The notes below the pieces were generated by a model. That model did not search any database. It was not told the DNA's origin and saw only the letters and a program-made list of their open reading frames with translations. From positions 320,001 to 384,000 of the forward strand of contig CAVQNG010000001.1 in the NCBI GenBank assembly GCA_963713825.1: DNA of 64,000 nt, read 5' to 3'. Below, in pieces: positions 27,551 through 36,320 of this stretch. A program made the position numbers and the translations under genes. Origin of the DNA: an uncultured Acidobacteriota bacterium. Its GTDB lineage: Bacteria > Acidobacteriota > Thermoanaerobaculia > Multivoradales > JAHEKO01. How positions within the stretch are numbered: position 1 is the stretch's first letter; every line of letters begins with the position of its first letter.

Positions 27551-28348
27551 ATGAAGATACTTCGAGGACTTCGGAGTTGGATCGCATGGCAGAAAGTGCC
27601 AGTCGACGATCTGTTGATCAAAAGGCCCGCCAAGGAGGCGGCGATCGCGACCACGTTCGCGGTCCTCTACGTCCTGGCCGCCGTGGTGACAGGCCTGCTA
27701 ATTCGTTGGAAACCGCTGCCTCTGCTGGGCTCAGCTAGCTTCATTTACGATTTCTGGTACTCCATCGTTTTCAAGATTCTGCTCCTTTTGACGATCCCAT
27801 TGCTCTGGTACTTCCGGCAGGGCTATGCACTCCGAGATCTGTCACCGAGTTGGAAGTTGAGTCCTAGGAGCGTTACTGTGGTCACGTTCGCCTTCTTCGC
27901 GGGGCTCGGCGTCAATCTTCTGCAGGGCAGACTGGACCTGGTCATCGAGGGGGCCGCCAACTTCTCAGCTACGGAAAGAGGGGTTCGTCTCACGGCAGGT
28001 GTGGTGCTCCCTTTCCTGATTGCAGGCTTTCCCGAGGAGTTCGTCTACAGGGGCATCCTCCAGACTCGGCTGGAAAAGGTCGGTGGGAGACTTGCTGCCA
28101 TCTCGATCTCGGTCCTGCTGTTCACGGCCTGGCATATCCCGACCCGCTATCTGCTGGCCCAGGGCGTCGAGGGGTCGGCCGGCGACCTCTCGTCTGTCGT
28201 TCTGGGCACGGGGGTACCCGTCGCGATCGTCGGTCTCGTCTTTGCGCTGCTGTGGGATCGCTATCGGAATCTACCGGCGCTGATCGCGGCTCATTGGGGA
28301 GTGGATGTGCTGCCGGCGATCATTGCCTTTCTGGGAATCGACTACTAG
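27551..28348 (+). CDS. CPBP (Abi/Rce1-like) intramembrane glutamic endopeptidase
   Basis: PEEFVYRG, FTAWH and AAHWGVD motifs; multiple TM helices. Confidence 0.9.
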   Translation: MKILRGLRSWIAWQKVPVDDLLIKRPAKEAAIATTFAVLYVLAAVVTGLLIRWKPLPLLGSASFIYDFWYSIVFKILLLLTIPLLWYFRQGYALRDLSPSWKLSPRSVTVVTFAFFAGLGVNLLQGRLDLVIEGAANFSATERGVRLTAGVVLPFLIAGFPEEFVYRGILQTRLEKVGGRLAAISISVLLFTAWHIPTRYLLAQGVEGSAGDLSSVVLGTGVPVAIVGLVFALLWDRYRNLPALIAAHWGVDVLPAIIAFLGIDY

Positions 28349-28352
28349 ACGG

Positions 28353-28766
28353 CTAGCCGCATGAGACGTTGTTCCAGAAGGCCTCGCCTGTATACCGACT
28401 CGCCGCCTTGGCGGTCTCGGAGGTAATACAGCAGTCCTGGATAAGGAACGTCTCACCCGGCTGGACGACTATTGAAGTCGGCAGCGACCAGTCGACCGTT
28501 TCCAGCAGGGTGTCTCCTTGAAATGCCCGAACCTTGCCTCGGAGGTTGTTGCCGCAACCGGTGCCGGTGTTGCGATAGCTCTGCGAATAGGAGCACTCGA
28601 GTCCGAGCCCGGAACAGAGGCCGATCTCGACCCCGCCATTGGCTACCACGTTGGCCGCGGTTACTTCCGAGGGTGGCTCGGTCGGGCCACCCCCACCCCC
28701 TCCAGATCCCACGCCCTCGCCGCAGGCGGACAGGACGAGCAGCAAGACAAGGGGCAAGAGCCTCAT
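28353..28766 (-). CDS. Hypothetical Cys-rich lipoprotein
   Basis: MRLLPLVLLLVLSAC lipobox, Gly linker, Ig-like RNTG motif. Confidence 0.75.
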   Translation of the reverse strand: MRLLPLVLLLVLSACGEGVGSGGGGGGPTEPPSEVTAANVVANGGVEIGLCSGLGLECSYSQSYRNTGTGCGNNLRGKVRAFQGDTLLETVDWSLPTSIVVQPGETFLIQDCCITSETAKAASRYTGEAFWNNVSCG

Positions 28767-28873
28767 AGGCTTGATCACCAGAACTCCCATAAATCAGCGG
28801 CGACGATCGAGAAACCGCACCTCAAGTGTAACGCTCCAGAGGGTGCGAATCGAGAGCAGGAGCTCGCCCGCTG

Positions 28874-29164
28874 CTAGGGCTCGACGAAGGCGATCCCAGC
28901 ACGGAAGATCGGGATGGAATCGCCATCTGTGGTGCGCTTCGTTTCGGAGAGGCGACACCAGCGGACCCTACCCTGCACGGTTGCGTTGGATCTCCCGATT
29001 CCGAAGGTGAACGGTCGTTCCTCGAGGACCTTCAAGGGGCTGTGCGACTCGACGCCTGCACCGAACGCCGTGATGTCGACAATGCGGCCCGAGATGGGGC
29101 TCTTCAACGCGAATCCGATCGCCGGCTCGCGGTCGAGGCGTCGCTTCTCGGGCCGGTCGGTCAT
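28874..29164 (-). CDS. Stand-alone PilZ domain protein
   Basis: RRLDR (RxxxR) and DITAFG (D/NxSxxG-like) motifs; GRVRWC, AGIAF. Confidence 0.8.
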   Translation of the reverse strand: MTDRPEKRRLDREPAIGFALKSPISGRIVDITAFGAGVESHSPLKVLEERPFTFGIGRSNATVQGRVRWCRLSETKRTTDGDSIPIFRAGIAFVEP

Positions 29165-29358
29165 TCTCTTCTTTCGATGAGATTCCGTGACACCTTGTCG
29201 CATGAGTCCGTCGCTTTCTCGTCGGTGCAGACGGAGGCACTTCATGGAAGAGCCGGCTGATTGCCTGTTTGTAGCAGATTGCCATTCGGCTGGACAACAC
29301 CCTCGGGGGTGGCGCGGCACCCCTCCGATCGGGCGGGAAACACATAGCGATATGGCTT

Positions 29359-30015
29359 TTAGGGGATTTGACTCGACCAGGCCGCTGTGTCACCCGACTC
29401 GAATCCGTCCTTGAACAGGATCTCTGGGCAGTCGACGACGGCACGAATCGCGAAATCGCCGCCGACCCCTAGAGCGCAGGCGTCGAACCAGAAACCAGGG
29501 GGAATGGCGTAGAGGCCGTTCTTCACTGCTTGGCAACCATCGATATCGGTGACAAGGCTCGGTCCTGTAACCGGAGGCGCCTCGAAGAAACGAAAGTCCA
29601 CGACGAGAGTCTCGCCAGTCATCACCGCAATTGGTGGAACGACCGGGTACTCGTTGAAGAAGCCGTCGTTGAGCGCGGGGGCGGGGAGCTTCGCCAACTG
29701 GGATCCGGGGGTGGGAAAGGCTCCAATTTCAGAGATGGTGATCGAGTCTCCCAGGGTTTGACCGGAACCACCAGTTACCGACATCCAGAGGACCTGGACC
29801 GCCGTGAGATTTCCTTCGCAGGTCGAGGTGAGCCAGGCCGCCGCCCTTTCGCTGGCCGCGAAGCCCGCCTGAATCGCTACATTGCTGAAATCTTCGATGG
29901 AATCGTTCTTGAGCACTGCGGCGTCGAGTCGAGCCGAGCCAGTCCACAGGCAGGCCAGGATGGCAAGAAGGGAACGTCGACCGACGCTGAGTCGGATGCC
30001 TCGTCGCTGTCTCAT
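29359..30015 (-). CDS. Secreted hypothetical protein with C-terminal DGFESGD tag
   Basis: Signal-like N-terminus; ends ILFKDGFESGDTAAWSSQIP. Confidence 0.75.
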   Translation of the reverse strand: MRQRRGIRLSVGRRSLLAILACLWTGSARLDAAVLKNDSIEDFSNVAIQAGFAASERAAAWLTSTCEGNLTAVQVLWMSVTGGSGQTLGDSITISEIGAFPTPGSQLAKLPAPALNDGFFNEYPVVPPIAVMTGETLVVDFRFFEAPPVTGPSLVTDIDGCQAVKNGLYAIPPGFWFDACALGVGGDFAIRAVVDCPEILFKDGFESGDTAAWSSQIP

Positions 30016-30118
30016 GAGCCAGCTGCTCCTTTTTCGGAGTCTGACTGACGAGTCTAGCCAAGGGCGAGCGCGCGCGCCGCGACATTCGTCACAGCTCTCT
30101 GAGAGCTCGGGTGCTCTG

Positions 30119-31342
30119 CTACTGGACCTCGTCGGACCAAGCCCAGGTATCGCCCCACTCGAACCCATCCGCGAGGAAGATGAAGGTGTTGACCAGCACT
30201 CCGACATCCTCGGAATCCTGATTGGCGGTGACCAGATCGTCGGACCCGTTGCCGTCGAGGTCAGCGGCGGCGAGTCCAACCGGCTTCTCTAGAACTCTAA
30301 CTAGGAGGGGCGGGTTGAAGAAGCCGGCGCCATCACCCAACAGGTTCCCCATTCGATTGGTTTCGAGGTTCGTGAGTGTTAGATCGACGGAGCCATTGAG
30401 GTCGAGGTCCTTGGCAATCAAGGCTCTGGGATTACCTGTGTCGTTGATCGGGTGGTTCTCATCGGTTCTGAAATGTTCGGGTGCGCCAAACTGGCCAGCG
30501 CCGAGATTCATGAACGTGGTAGCGAAATCTCCTGCCGGCCCCGTCGTCACCACCGCAACATCGACCTTCTGGTCACCGTCGAGGTCACCTGCTGCAACGC
30601 CCCCGCTCGGGCTCAAGTCGGTGCCAACAGCGAGACTCGAATCGAGTCCGAGGATGCCGCTGCCGTCGTTGAGGAGGATATCGACCATACCGGTGTCGCT
30701 GCTGGCGACGGCAAGGTCCAAGCTACCTTCGCCGTCGAAGTCGGACAACGCCAGTCCCCGTGGACCCGAGCCAACGGCGTATGCAACCCCAGAGGACAAC
30801 ACTCCCGTGGTGTTGAACAAGACTGAGACGTCGGAGGAACCTCGATTCGAGGTTACGATATCCACAAAGCCATTGCCGTCGATGTCTCCCGCTGCGATGT
30901 CACTTGGCAGAGTACCTCCCACTCCGGTGGTTGCTCCGAGCGACAGAACGCCACCAGTATTCGTCAGGACTTGCACGTCGTTCATCCCCGTCAGCGTGAC
31001 CACGAGATCGAGGTCCTCGTCGTTGTCGATATCGACAGCTACGACAGAATGCGGTGCACTACCTCCGGCTAGTGGGATGTCGAGGGCTGGATCGAATTGT
31101 GCGCCCGCCCTGGAGTTCATCAGAATGGCGAGTTTGTCATCACCTTGAACCGCGACCGCAATATCGGTCCATCGGTCGGCGTCGAAATCAGCGAGGGCCA
31201 CGCCGGTTGGATTGGAACCTGCTGCAAAATAGTAGGGGCTGCACCAGCGTCCGGAGCAAAGGACCGGAGTGGATTGGGCAGCTCCGCCCAGGAATGCTGC
31301 TGATGCCGTGATTCCGACTGCAAGTGCTACCGATAGCTTCAT
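30119..31342 (-). CDS. Secreted FG-GAP/VCBS repeat beta-propeller protein with C-terminal DGFE tag
   Basis: Seven DxDxDGxxD-type repeats; ends IFLADGFEWGDTWAWSDEVQ. Confidence 0.9.
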   Translation of the reverse strand: MKLSVALAVGITASAAFLGGAAQSTPVLCSGRWCSPYYFAAGSNPTGVALADFDADRWTDIAVAVQGDDKLAILMNSRAGAQFDPALDIPLAGGSAPHSVVAVDIDNDEDLDLVVTLTGMNDVQVLTNTGGVLSLGATTGVGGTLPSDIAAGDIDGNGFVDIVTSNRGSSDVSVLFNTTGVLSSGVAYAVGSGPRGLALSDFDGEGSLDLAVASSDTGMVDILLNDGSGILGLDSSLAVGTDLSPSGGVAAGDLDGDQKVDVAVVTTGPAGDFATTFMNLGAGQFGAPEHFRTDENHPINDTGNPRALIAKDLDLNGSVDLTLTNLETNRMGNLLGDGAGFFNPPLLVRVLEKPVGLAAADLDGNGSDDLVTANQDSEDVGVLVNTFIFLADGFEWGDTWAWSDEVQ

Positions 31343-31508
31343 CGAGATACTCCTTCTTGGTCTGATCCTGGCGAGTTGGCTGCCTCGAGGTGATTCTGCT
31401 CGGCGAGACTACACCAGAACGACCTGTAATCGGGTGATCAGGATTTGCGAAGGTGGCTCAAGGAGGCGAGTTCCGAGATAGAATCGAGCTGGCGAAAGGA
31501 GGCTCCGA

Positions 31509-32195
31509 ATGCAACTCTCACGCCGTTGTTGGATCGTCTTGCTGGCTTTCCTGCTTGGACCCGTTCCTCTGACATTGATCTCAACCGACTCTGCGCTTGC
31601 GCAGACCGAAGAACAGGAACTGATACCCGAGTTGGAGAACGAGTGGGATACCGGTTTCGAACGTTCGGATTCCGGCAACGTTGCACAAACTGCAAGGACC
31701 GAGTACGCGGCAGGCAGTCGGAATCTGACCCAGGCTAGAAAGCTCCGGAAACGGATTGCCGAGACCGACGATCCGGAGAAGCGGGCCAAGCTCGAAGAGA
31801 AGATGGAGGCCACTTATGGGAGCGCGGCCAAGTCTTTTACCGAGGCGATCGGCTTCGCCCCGAAGATGTCGGAGGCCTATGCAGGTCTCGGTGAGACCTT
31901 GAGGGATTGGGGGAGGCTGGACCAATCGCTCGAGGTTTACGCGGCAGCTGTTCGGCGGTTCCCGGATGACCTCGAGAACTTCGAGGGCTGGGCGGAGACC
32001 CTGATGGAGTTGAACATGTTGGGCAATGCCACGAGCGCATACACGAGCTACGTCGATTCCAATCCGGACCGGGCCGCGATACTGCTGGAAGTGATGGAGG
32101 ACTGGTTGAAACGCCGGCGGGCCGATCCTGGGGACCTAAGGCCCGAGGACGTCGAGAGATTGGCAGGATGGCTGCAGCAGCAGGGAGCCGGCTAG
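31509..32195 (+). CDS. Exported tetratricopeptide repeat protein
   Basis: Signal peptide; EAYAGLGETL TPR-like helices. Confidence 0.8.
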   Translation: MQLSRRCWIVLLAFLLGPVPLTLISTDSALAQTEEQELIPELENEWDTGFERSDSGNVAQTARTEYAAGSRNLTQARKLRKRIAETDDPEKRAKLEEKMEATYGSAAKSFTEAIGFAPKMSEAYAGLGETLRDWGRLDQSLEVYAAAVRRFPDDLENFEGWAETLMELNMLGNATSAYTSYVDSNPDRAAILLEVMEDWLKRRRADPGDLRPEDVERLAGWLQQQGAG

Positions 32196-32226
32196 ATCCG
32201 CCTCAAGGGTAGGGTGTAGAAAATGC

Positions 32227-32345
32227 GTGACAAACAGGACGATTCCTGCTAACCTAAGGGCGAAATGGCGGATCTAAGTTGATCTGCCGAGGCGGCTAGG
32301 GCAACGAACAAAAGGACCTGAAGCAGGCTTTGGTCCTTTTTTTTT
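32227..32345 (+). promoter_or_regulatory. Promoter plus terminator-containing leader (or sRNA) upstream of the csp gene
   Basis: GTGACA-17-TAACCT (32227-32255); hairpin GGCGGATC/GATCTGCC (32267-32288); terminator AAAAGGACC...GGTCCTTTTTTTTT (32310-32345). Confidence 0.55.
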
Positions 32346-32490
32346 GTGCCTTCGGCAGCCAGCGTTTCGAGCCGGCAATTGGAGTCGACATCGAAGCGAT
32401 CCAATACTAGGCGGCACGTGCCCGCAAGGAAATGGGCGCCGGTTTGCACGGACTCTCGGGATTACCGGCTCCAGTTAGTAGGAGAAGTAG

Positions 32491-32703
32491 ATGAGCGTTA
32501 CAGGAATCGTAAAGTGGTTCAACGACACCAAGGGCTTCGGCTTCATTACTCCGGATGACGGGTCGAAGGACTGCTTCGTCCACCATACCGCGATCCAGGG
32601 AAGTGGCTTCAAGTCGCTTTCCGAGGGCGATCGGGTGCAGTTCGACGTTGTCCAGGGCCAGAAGGGCCCGGCAGCCGAGAACGTGGTCAAGATGGACGCC
32701 TAA
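32491..32703 (+). CDS. cspA: Cold-shock protein
   Basis: [12 protein letters not shown] (RNP1), CFVHHTAI (RNP2), QKGPAAENV; AGGAG SD; paralog identity uncertain. Confidence 0.95.
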   Translation: MSVTGIVKWFNDTKGFGFITPDDGSKDCFVHHTAIQGSGFKSLSEGDRVQFDVVQGQKGPAAENVVKMDA

Positions 32704-32733
32704 TTGACCTGCGCCTGAGGCGCGAAGGTTCAA

Positions 32734-32771
32734 GGGCCGCTCCGATTCGTCGGGGCGGCCCGTTTTCTTTT
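32734..32771 (+). terminator. Intrinsic terminator after csp
   Basis: GGGCCGCTCCGA-TTCG-TCGGGGCGGCCC followed by GTTTTCTTTT. Confidence 0.85.
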
Positions 32772-32841
32772 GTTCTCGATGCAGGTTGAGTGATCTGCGA
32801 TGCAAAGGCCATCACCGGGTCGGAAAGAGCCGAGCTCTCTG

Positions 32842-33447
32842 ATGAGCGCGGGCCAGACCCTTCTCATGAGGGTGGTAACCACCTTCTACAGGCGAATGGT
32901 CCTGGTCGAGAGAGAGCTCTCTCCTCCGCCTCCAACGCCGGTCGTGCCATTCCCGGTAGAGATCGGTGGCCTGAAGCTCTCGACGGACTTGGCTGGTTTA
33001 GAGGGCTTCCGTCCGGCTCTTTCCAGAAGGTCTATTCTGGAACGATTGCAGAAGGGCCACAGCTGTTTCGCGGTCTGGCTCGACGGAAGAATCGTTCATA
33101 CCGCATGGGTAGCGGTCCAACGGGCAAGAGTCGAGTATCTGTCGAGAGACATAGTCCTCGAGAAGGACGACATCTATATCTTCGACACGTACACCACTGC
33201 CGAATTCAGGAACCTGCACTTGGCCCAGTCTCGGGCCGCCTTTGTGTCGAAGTACTACTCAGCGCGCGGGTTTCGGCGCTCGTTGGGACTGGTCGCCGTA
33301 GAGAACAAGGCGGGGCTCGCCGTACCCGAAGTTCTCGGATACCGTCGCATCGGCTCCTACAGCGCTCTTGGTGTGAGAGGCTGTTGCCGCACCTGGAGCG
33401 AGCCCTGCCTGGGAGAGAAGATCCCCCCACTCGTCAGAATGACCTGA
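32842..33447 (+). CDS. GNAT-family acetyltransferase-like protein
   Basis: YIFDTYT..EFRNLHLA (motif A), EN.A....EVLGYRRIG; start uncertain. Confidence 0.7.
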   Translation: MSAGQTLLMRVVTTFYRRMVLVERELSPPPPTPVVPFPVEIGGLKLSTDLAGLEGFRPALSRRSILERLQKGHSCFAVWLDGRIVHTAWVAVQRARVEYLSRDIVLEKDDIYIFDTYTTAEFRNLHLAQSRAAFVSKYYSARGFRRSLGLVAVENKAGLAVPEVLGYRRIGSYSALGVRGCCRTWSEPCLGEKIPPLVRMT

Positions 33448-33474
33448 AATCACTGCCGTCAGCCGCGTTCACAC

Positions 33475-34287
33475 TCAAGGCAGAGCGGCGATCCAGGAGC
33501 CGTCCTCGAGCCATTTCTTGCGTAGACCATCGAGGATTCCGGTGCCTTCGAAGGCCGCCAGGTAGTTCTCCAACAGGTTGCGCAATTGGGGATCCGAGGG
33601 CGAGAGGGCAATTCCAATCGGCTCGATCGACAGGGGCTCGGTAAGGGTAGCGAGGCCCCTGTCCGGGAAGCGGAGCATCGTCAGGATACAGATCGTCATG
33701 TCGGCAACCAGAGCATCCACCTCGTCATTGAGCACCATGTTCACCGCGGTGTCGTAGTCCTTCGTGGTCACCAATTGGGCCTCTGGCATGACCAGTTTCA
33801 CGAACTCCTCGCTGGTCGAGTTTCCCAGAGCCGCCAGCTTGAGGTCCGCGCGATTGATCTCTCCCGATTCCTGCGCCGCCGCCAGGGCCTTCGAATTCGT
33901 GAGGATCGACTTGCCGGAGAGCATATAGGGGCCGACGAACGTGGCATCGATGCTTCGTTCGGCGGTGATCGCCATTCCGGAAAGGACGATATCGACCTCT
34001 CCCGCCTTCAGGGTGGCCATGAGATCGGGGAAAGGCTTCTTGACGAACTCGGTCTTGACCCCCAGGGCATTGCCCAGGAGGTTCGCAAGATCGACTTCGA
34101 GGCCAAGAAGATCTCCTGTGCGGCCCGTCGCGTTCAGGGGCGGCTGGGCTCCGGAGAGACCGACGCGCAACTCACCGTTCTTCACAATGCGCTCGAGCAC
34201 AGGGGCGTCGGCAGCCATACCGACCCCGGCTGCGAGCGTCATCAATACAGCCATCAGGGCGATGGCAGACCATTTCTTCATCCACAT
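33475..34287 (-). CDS. Amino-acid ABC transporter substrate-binding protein (family 3), orphan
   Basis: Signal peptide; LERIVKNGELRVG, GLEVDLA, VDIVLSGMAITAER; AAGGAG SD. Confidence 0.88.
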   Translation of the reverse strand: MWMKKWSAIALMAVLMTLAAGVGMAADAPVLERIVKNGELRVGLSGAQPPLNATGRTGDLLGLEVDLANLLGNALGVKTEFVKKPFPDLMATLKAGEVDIVLSGMAITAERSIDATFVGPYMLSGKSILTNSKALAAAQESGEINRADLKLAALGNSTSEEFVKLVMPEAQLVTTKDYDTAVNMVLNDEVDALVADMTICILTMLRFPDRGLATLTEPLSIEPIGIALSPSDPQLRNLLENYLAAFEGTGILDGLRKKWLEDGSWIAALP

Positions 34288-34454
34288 GGGGTTGAGCTCC
34301 TTTCGCGACTCGCCCGTGATGGCGAGCATGCAGGTTGTCTAGAACCGCTCTTTGGCGCGTGCTTTAGAGACGGTTTCGGTCGAGAAGGGCGTAGAAGAAC
34401 CCCTGGTCGAAAGTCGGCACAGGGGCTTTGAGTGATTCCGAGCTGTTGCTACTT

Positions 34455-34733
34455 CTATGACCTGCCTTGGAGGCCTTCGATGTCGAGGCTTCTGGCTTTT
34501 TGAATGGCGAACTGCAGATCGTCGGCGACATCAGCCAGGGCCCGCCGCTCGCTTTCCCGGAGCTCGATGTGGCTCAGGATTCCACCGAGACGCCGAATAG
34601 CCTCTGCTGCGGCCTCGACGACTTCGTTGGCCATCCTCTCCGCAGCGAAGCTCGCTGCGTCGCCCCGGTGCTTGAGGTACTGGTCTGCCAACCGGTCGAT
34701 TTCTTCCAGGTTCAGCTTTCGTTCGCTCATCAT
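34455..34733 (-). CDS. Small helical hypothetical protein
   Basis: Plausible 92 aa ORF with a candidate upstream promoter; no family recognised. Confidence 0.55.
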   Translation of the reverse strand: MMSERKLNLEEIDRLADQYLKHRGDAASFAAERMANEVVEAAAEAIRRLGGILSHIELRESERRALADVADDLQFAIQKARSLDIEGLQGRS

Positions 34734-34894
34734 CGATTCCCCGCCCAGATACGAATTCCCCACGGGCCACCTTCAAGGCCCGAATTGCCTGCCTGACGAT
34801 ACCAAGAGATAGCAAAAAGTCAAAGTATCGCCTGAGCTTTTAATGCCAAAATGGCATAACCAGGAAGATTCGTATCAGCCTGGCTCCTGTCGGC

Positions 34895-36256
34895 TCAGAG
34901 CAGATTCTGTGACGAGACGATCTCCAGGGGACGGTTCTTCTTCCAGCTGCCGCGAGTGAAGTCGGGGAAGTCGACGGGCTTGCTGCGGTTCGCAACCGAG
35001 GTTTCCGTCAGTTCGCAGACGACGCTCCAAGCCGCTGCATCGTAGACATCCATATCGGTGGGGGTTCCCGATCGAAGGGATTGAATGAGCCGAAAATCCT
35101 CGAGAAAGTCCATGCCCCCGTGTCCTGCTCCCTCCGCCGCCTTGGCCAGCTCGAGCCAGAGGGGATGCTCGAACTCGTCGCGATACGACTCCACTGTCTC
35201 CCAATCGTGCTCGGCAGATCGCCCCTCGACGTAGACCCGATCGGGGTAGCCAGTGACGGTACCTCGGGTCCCTTGGACGAGGTTGATCCTGCTGTACGGA
35301 CGCGGGCTGGTCGTATCGTGTTGCAGGAGAATCGTTCGACCGAGCTTGGTTCGAATGAGACTCGAGTTCATGTCACCCAGGGCGTAGTGTCGGCGTCGAG
35401 GATCCTCGGGGGTCAAGTGCTCGTCCGCATACAGGTCCAGGCCCCGCGCGTTGCTGCTCATCGATACCAGGAAGTCGAACTGGTCGCCACGATTGATGTC
35501 GAAGCACTGCGCGAGCGGTCCGAGGCCGTGCGTTGGGTAGAGGTTGCCATTGCGATCGATGGAGTGTTCCAGGCGCCAGAGACCTTCGTTCTTGTCGCTG
35601 AACTTGATGCTCCTGAGGTCATGGATATAGGCGCCTTCCGCGTGCAGCAGCTCGCCGAAGAGTCCCTGACGGACCATGTTGAGAATCATCATTTCTCGTT
35701 GCCCGTAACAGCAGTTCTCCATCATTACGCAGTGCCGCCGCGTCTTTTCTGCCACTTCCACAAGGCTCCAACAGTCGTCGACGGTGTACGCCGCTGGCAC
35801 TTCAACGGCAACGTGTTTCCCGGTCTTCATGGCTTCGACGCAGACCGGGACGTGCCATCGCCAGGGCGTTGCAGTGAACACCAGATCGATGTCGTCCCGT
35901 TCACAGAGTCGGCGGTAGTCAGTCTCGCCGCGGGTGTAGAGGTCGGGTGCGGCCTCGCCACTTTCGAGGACCCATTCCCGAACTTCGCGGGCCCGGCTCT
36001 CATCGATGTCGCAGAGGGCCTTGACTTCGACTCCTTCGATCTTCAGGAAGTTGCGCACATGCCAGCCACCCTGCAGGCCGATGCCGACAAAGGCCATTCG
36101 AACGGTGTCCAGTGGTGGCGCCGAGAACCCGGTCGGAGGGCGGTAGTCCTCGCTCTGACCTTGGCCGCGAGCAGGACTCTGGAGACTGAGAGCAGCCGCG
36201 ACGCCTGCCATGGTCGAAACCCTCATGAATTCTCGTCGATTCGTACCTTGGGTCAC
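34895..36256 (-). CDS. Tat-exported GH109 (Gfo/Idh/MocA) alpha-N-acetylgalactosaminidase-like protein
   Basis: TNRREF Tat motif; ATPWRWH, EVPAA, MENCCY, AYIHDLR, NLYPTHGLGP, GHGGMD, DVYDAA; GTG start after AAGGAG. Confidence 0.9.
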   Translation of the reverse strand: MTQGTNRREFMRVSTMAGVAAALSLQSPARGQGQSEDYRPPTGFSAPPLDTVRMAFVGIGLQGGWHVRNFLKIEGVEVKALCDIDESRAREVREWVLESGEAAPDLYTRGETDYRRLCERDDIDLVFTATPWRWHVPVCVEAMKTGKHVAVEVPAAYTVDDCWSLVEVAEKTRRHCVMMENCCYGQREMMILNMVRQGLFGELLHAEGAYIHDLRSIKFSDKNEGLWRLEHSIDRNGNLYPTHGLGPLAQCFDINRGDQFDFLVSMSSNARGLDLYADEHLTPEDPRRRHYALGDMNSSLIRTKLGRTILLQHDTTSPRPYSRINLVQGTRGTVTGYPDRVYVEGRSAEHDWETVESYRDEFEHPLWLELAKAAEGAGHGGMDFLEDFRLIQSLRSGTPTDMDVYDAAAWSVVCELTETSVANRSKPVDFPDFTRGSWKKNRPLEIVSSQNLL

Positions 36257-36320
36257 GCGTTTCTCCTTTCCATCATGAGCGTAGTCCTGCAATTGGAATC
36301 GAGGCTGCAAGGGAGGAGCA

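Noticed and set aside
31640-31680. WDTGFERSD in the TPR protein as a fifth DGFE tag
   Set aside because: Lacks the D before GFE and the downstream W; probably coincidental
32256-32306. Known riboswitch (ZTP, c-di-GMP, fluoride) in the csp leader
   Set aside because: Only short chance resemblances; conserved cores not matched by eye
22374-34800. Intact prophage or integrative element at tRNA-Pro
   Set aside because: No integrase, transposase, phage or conjugation genes, and no attR repeat found
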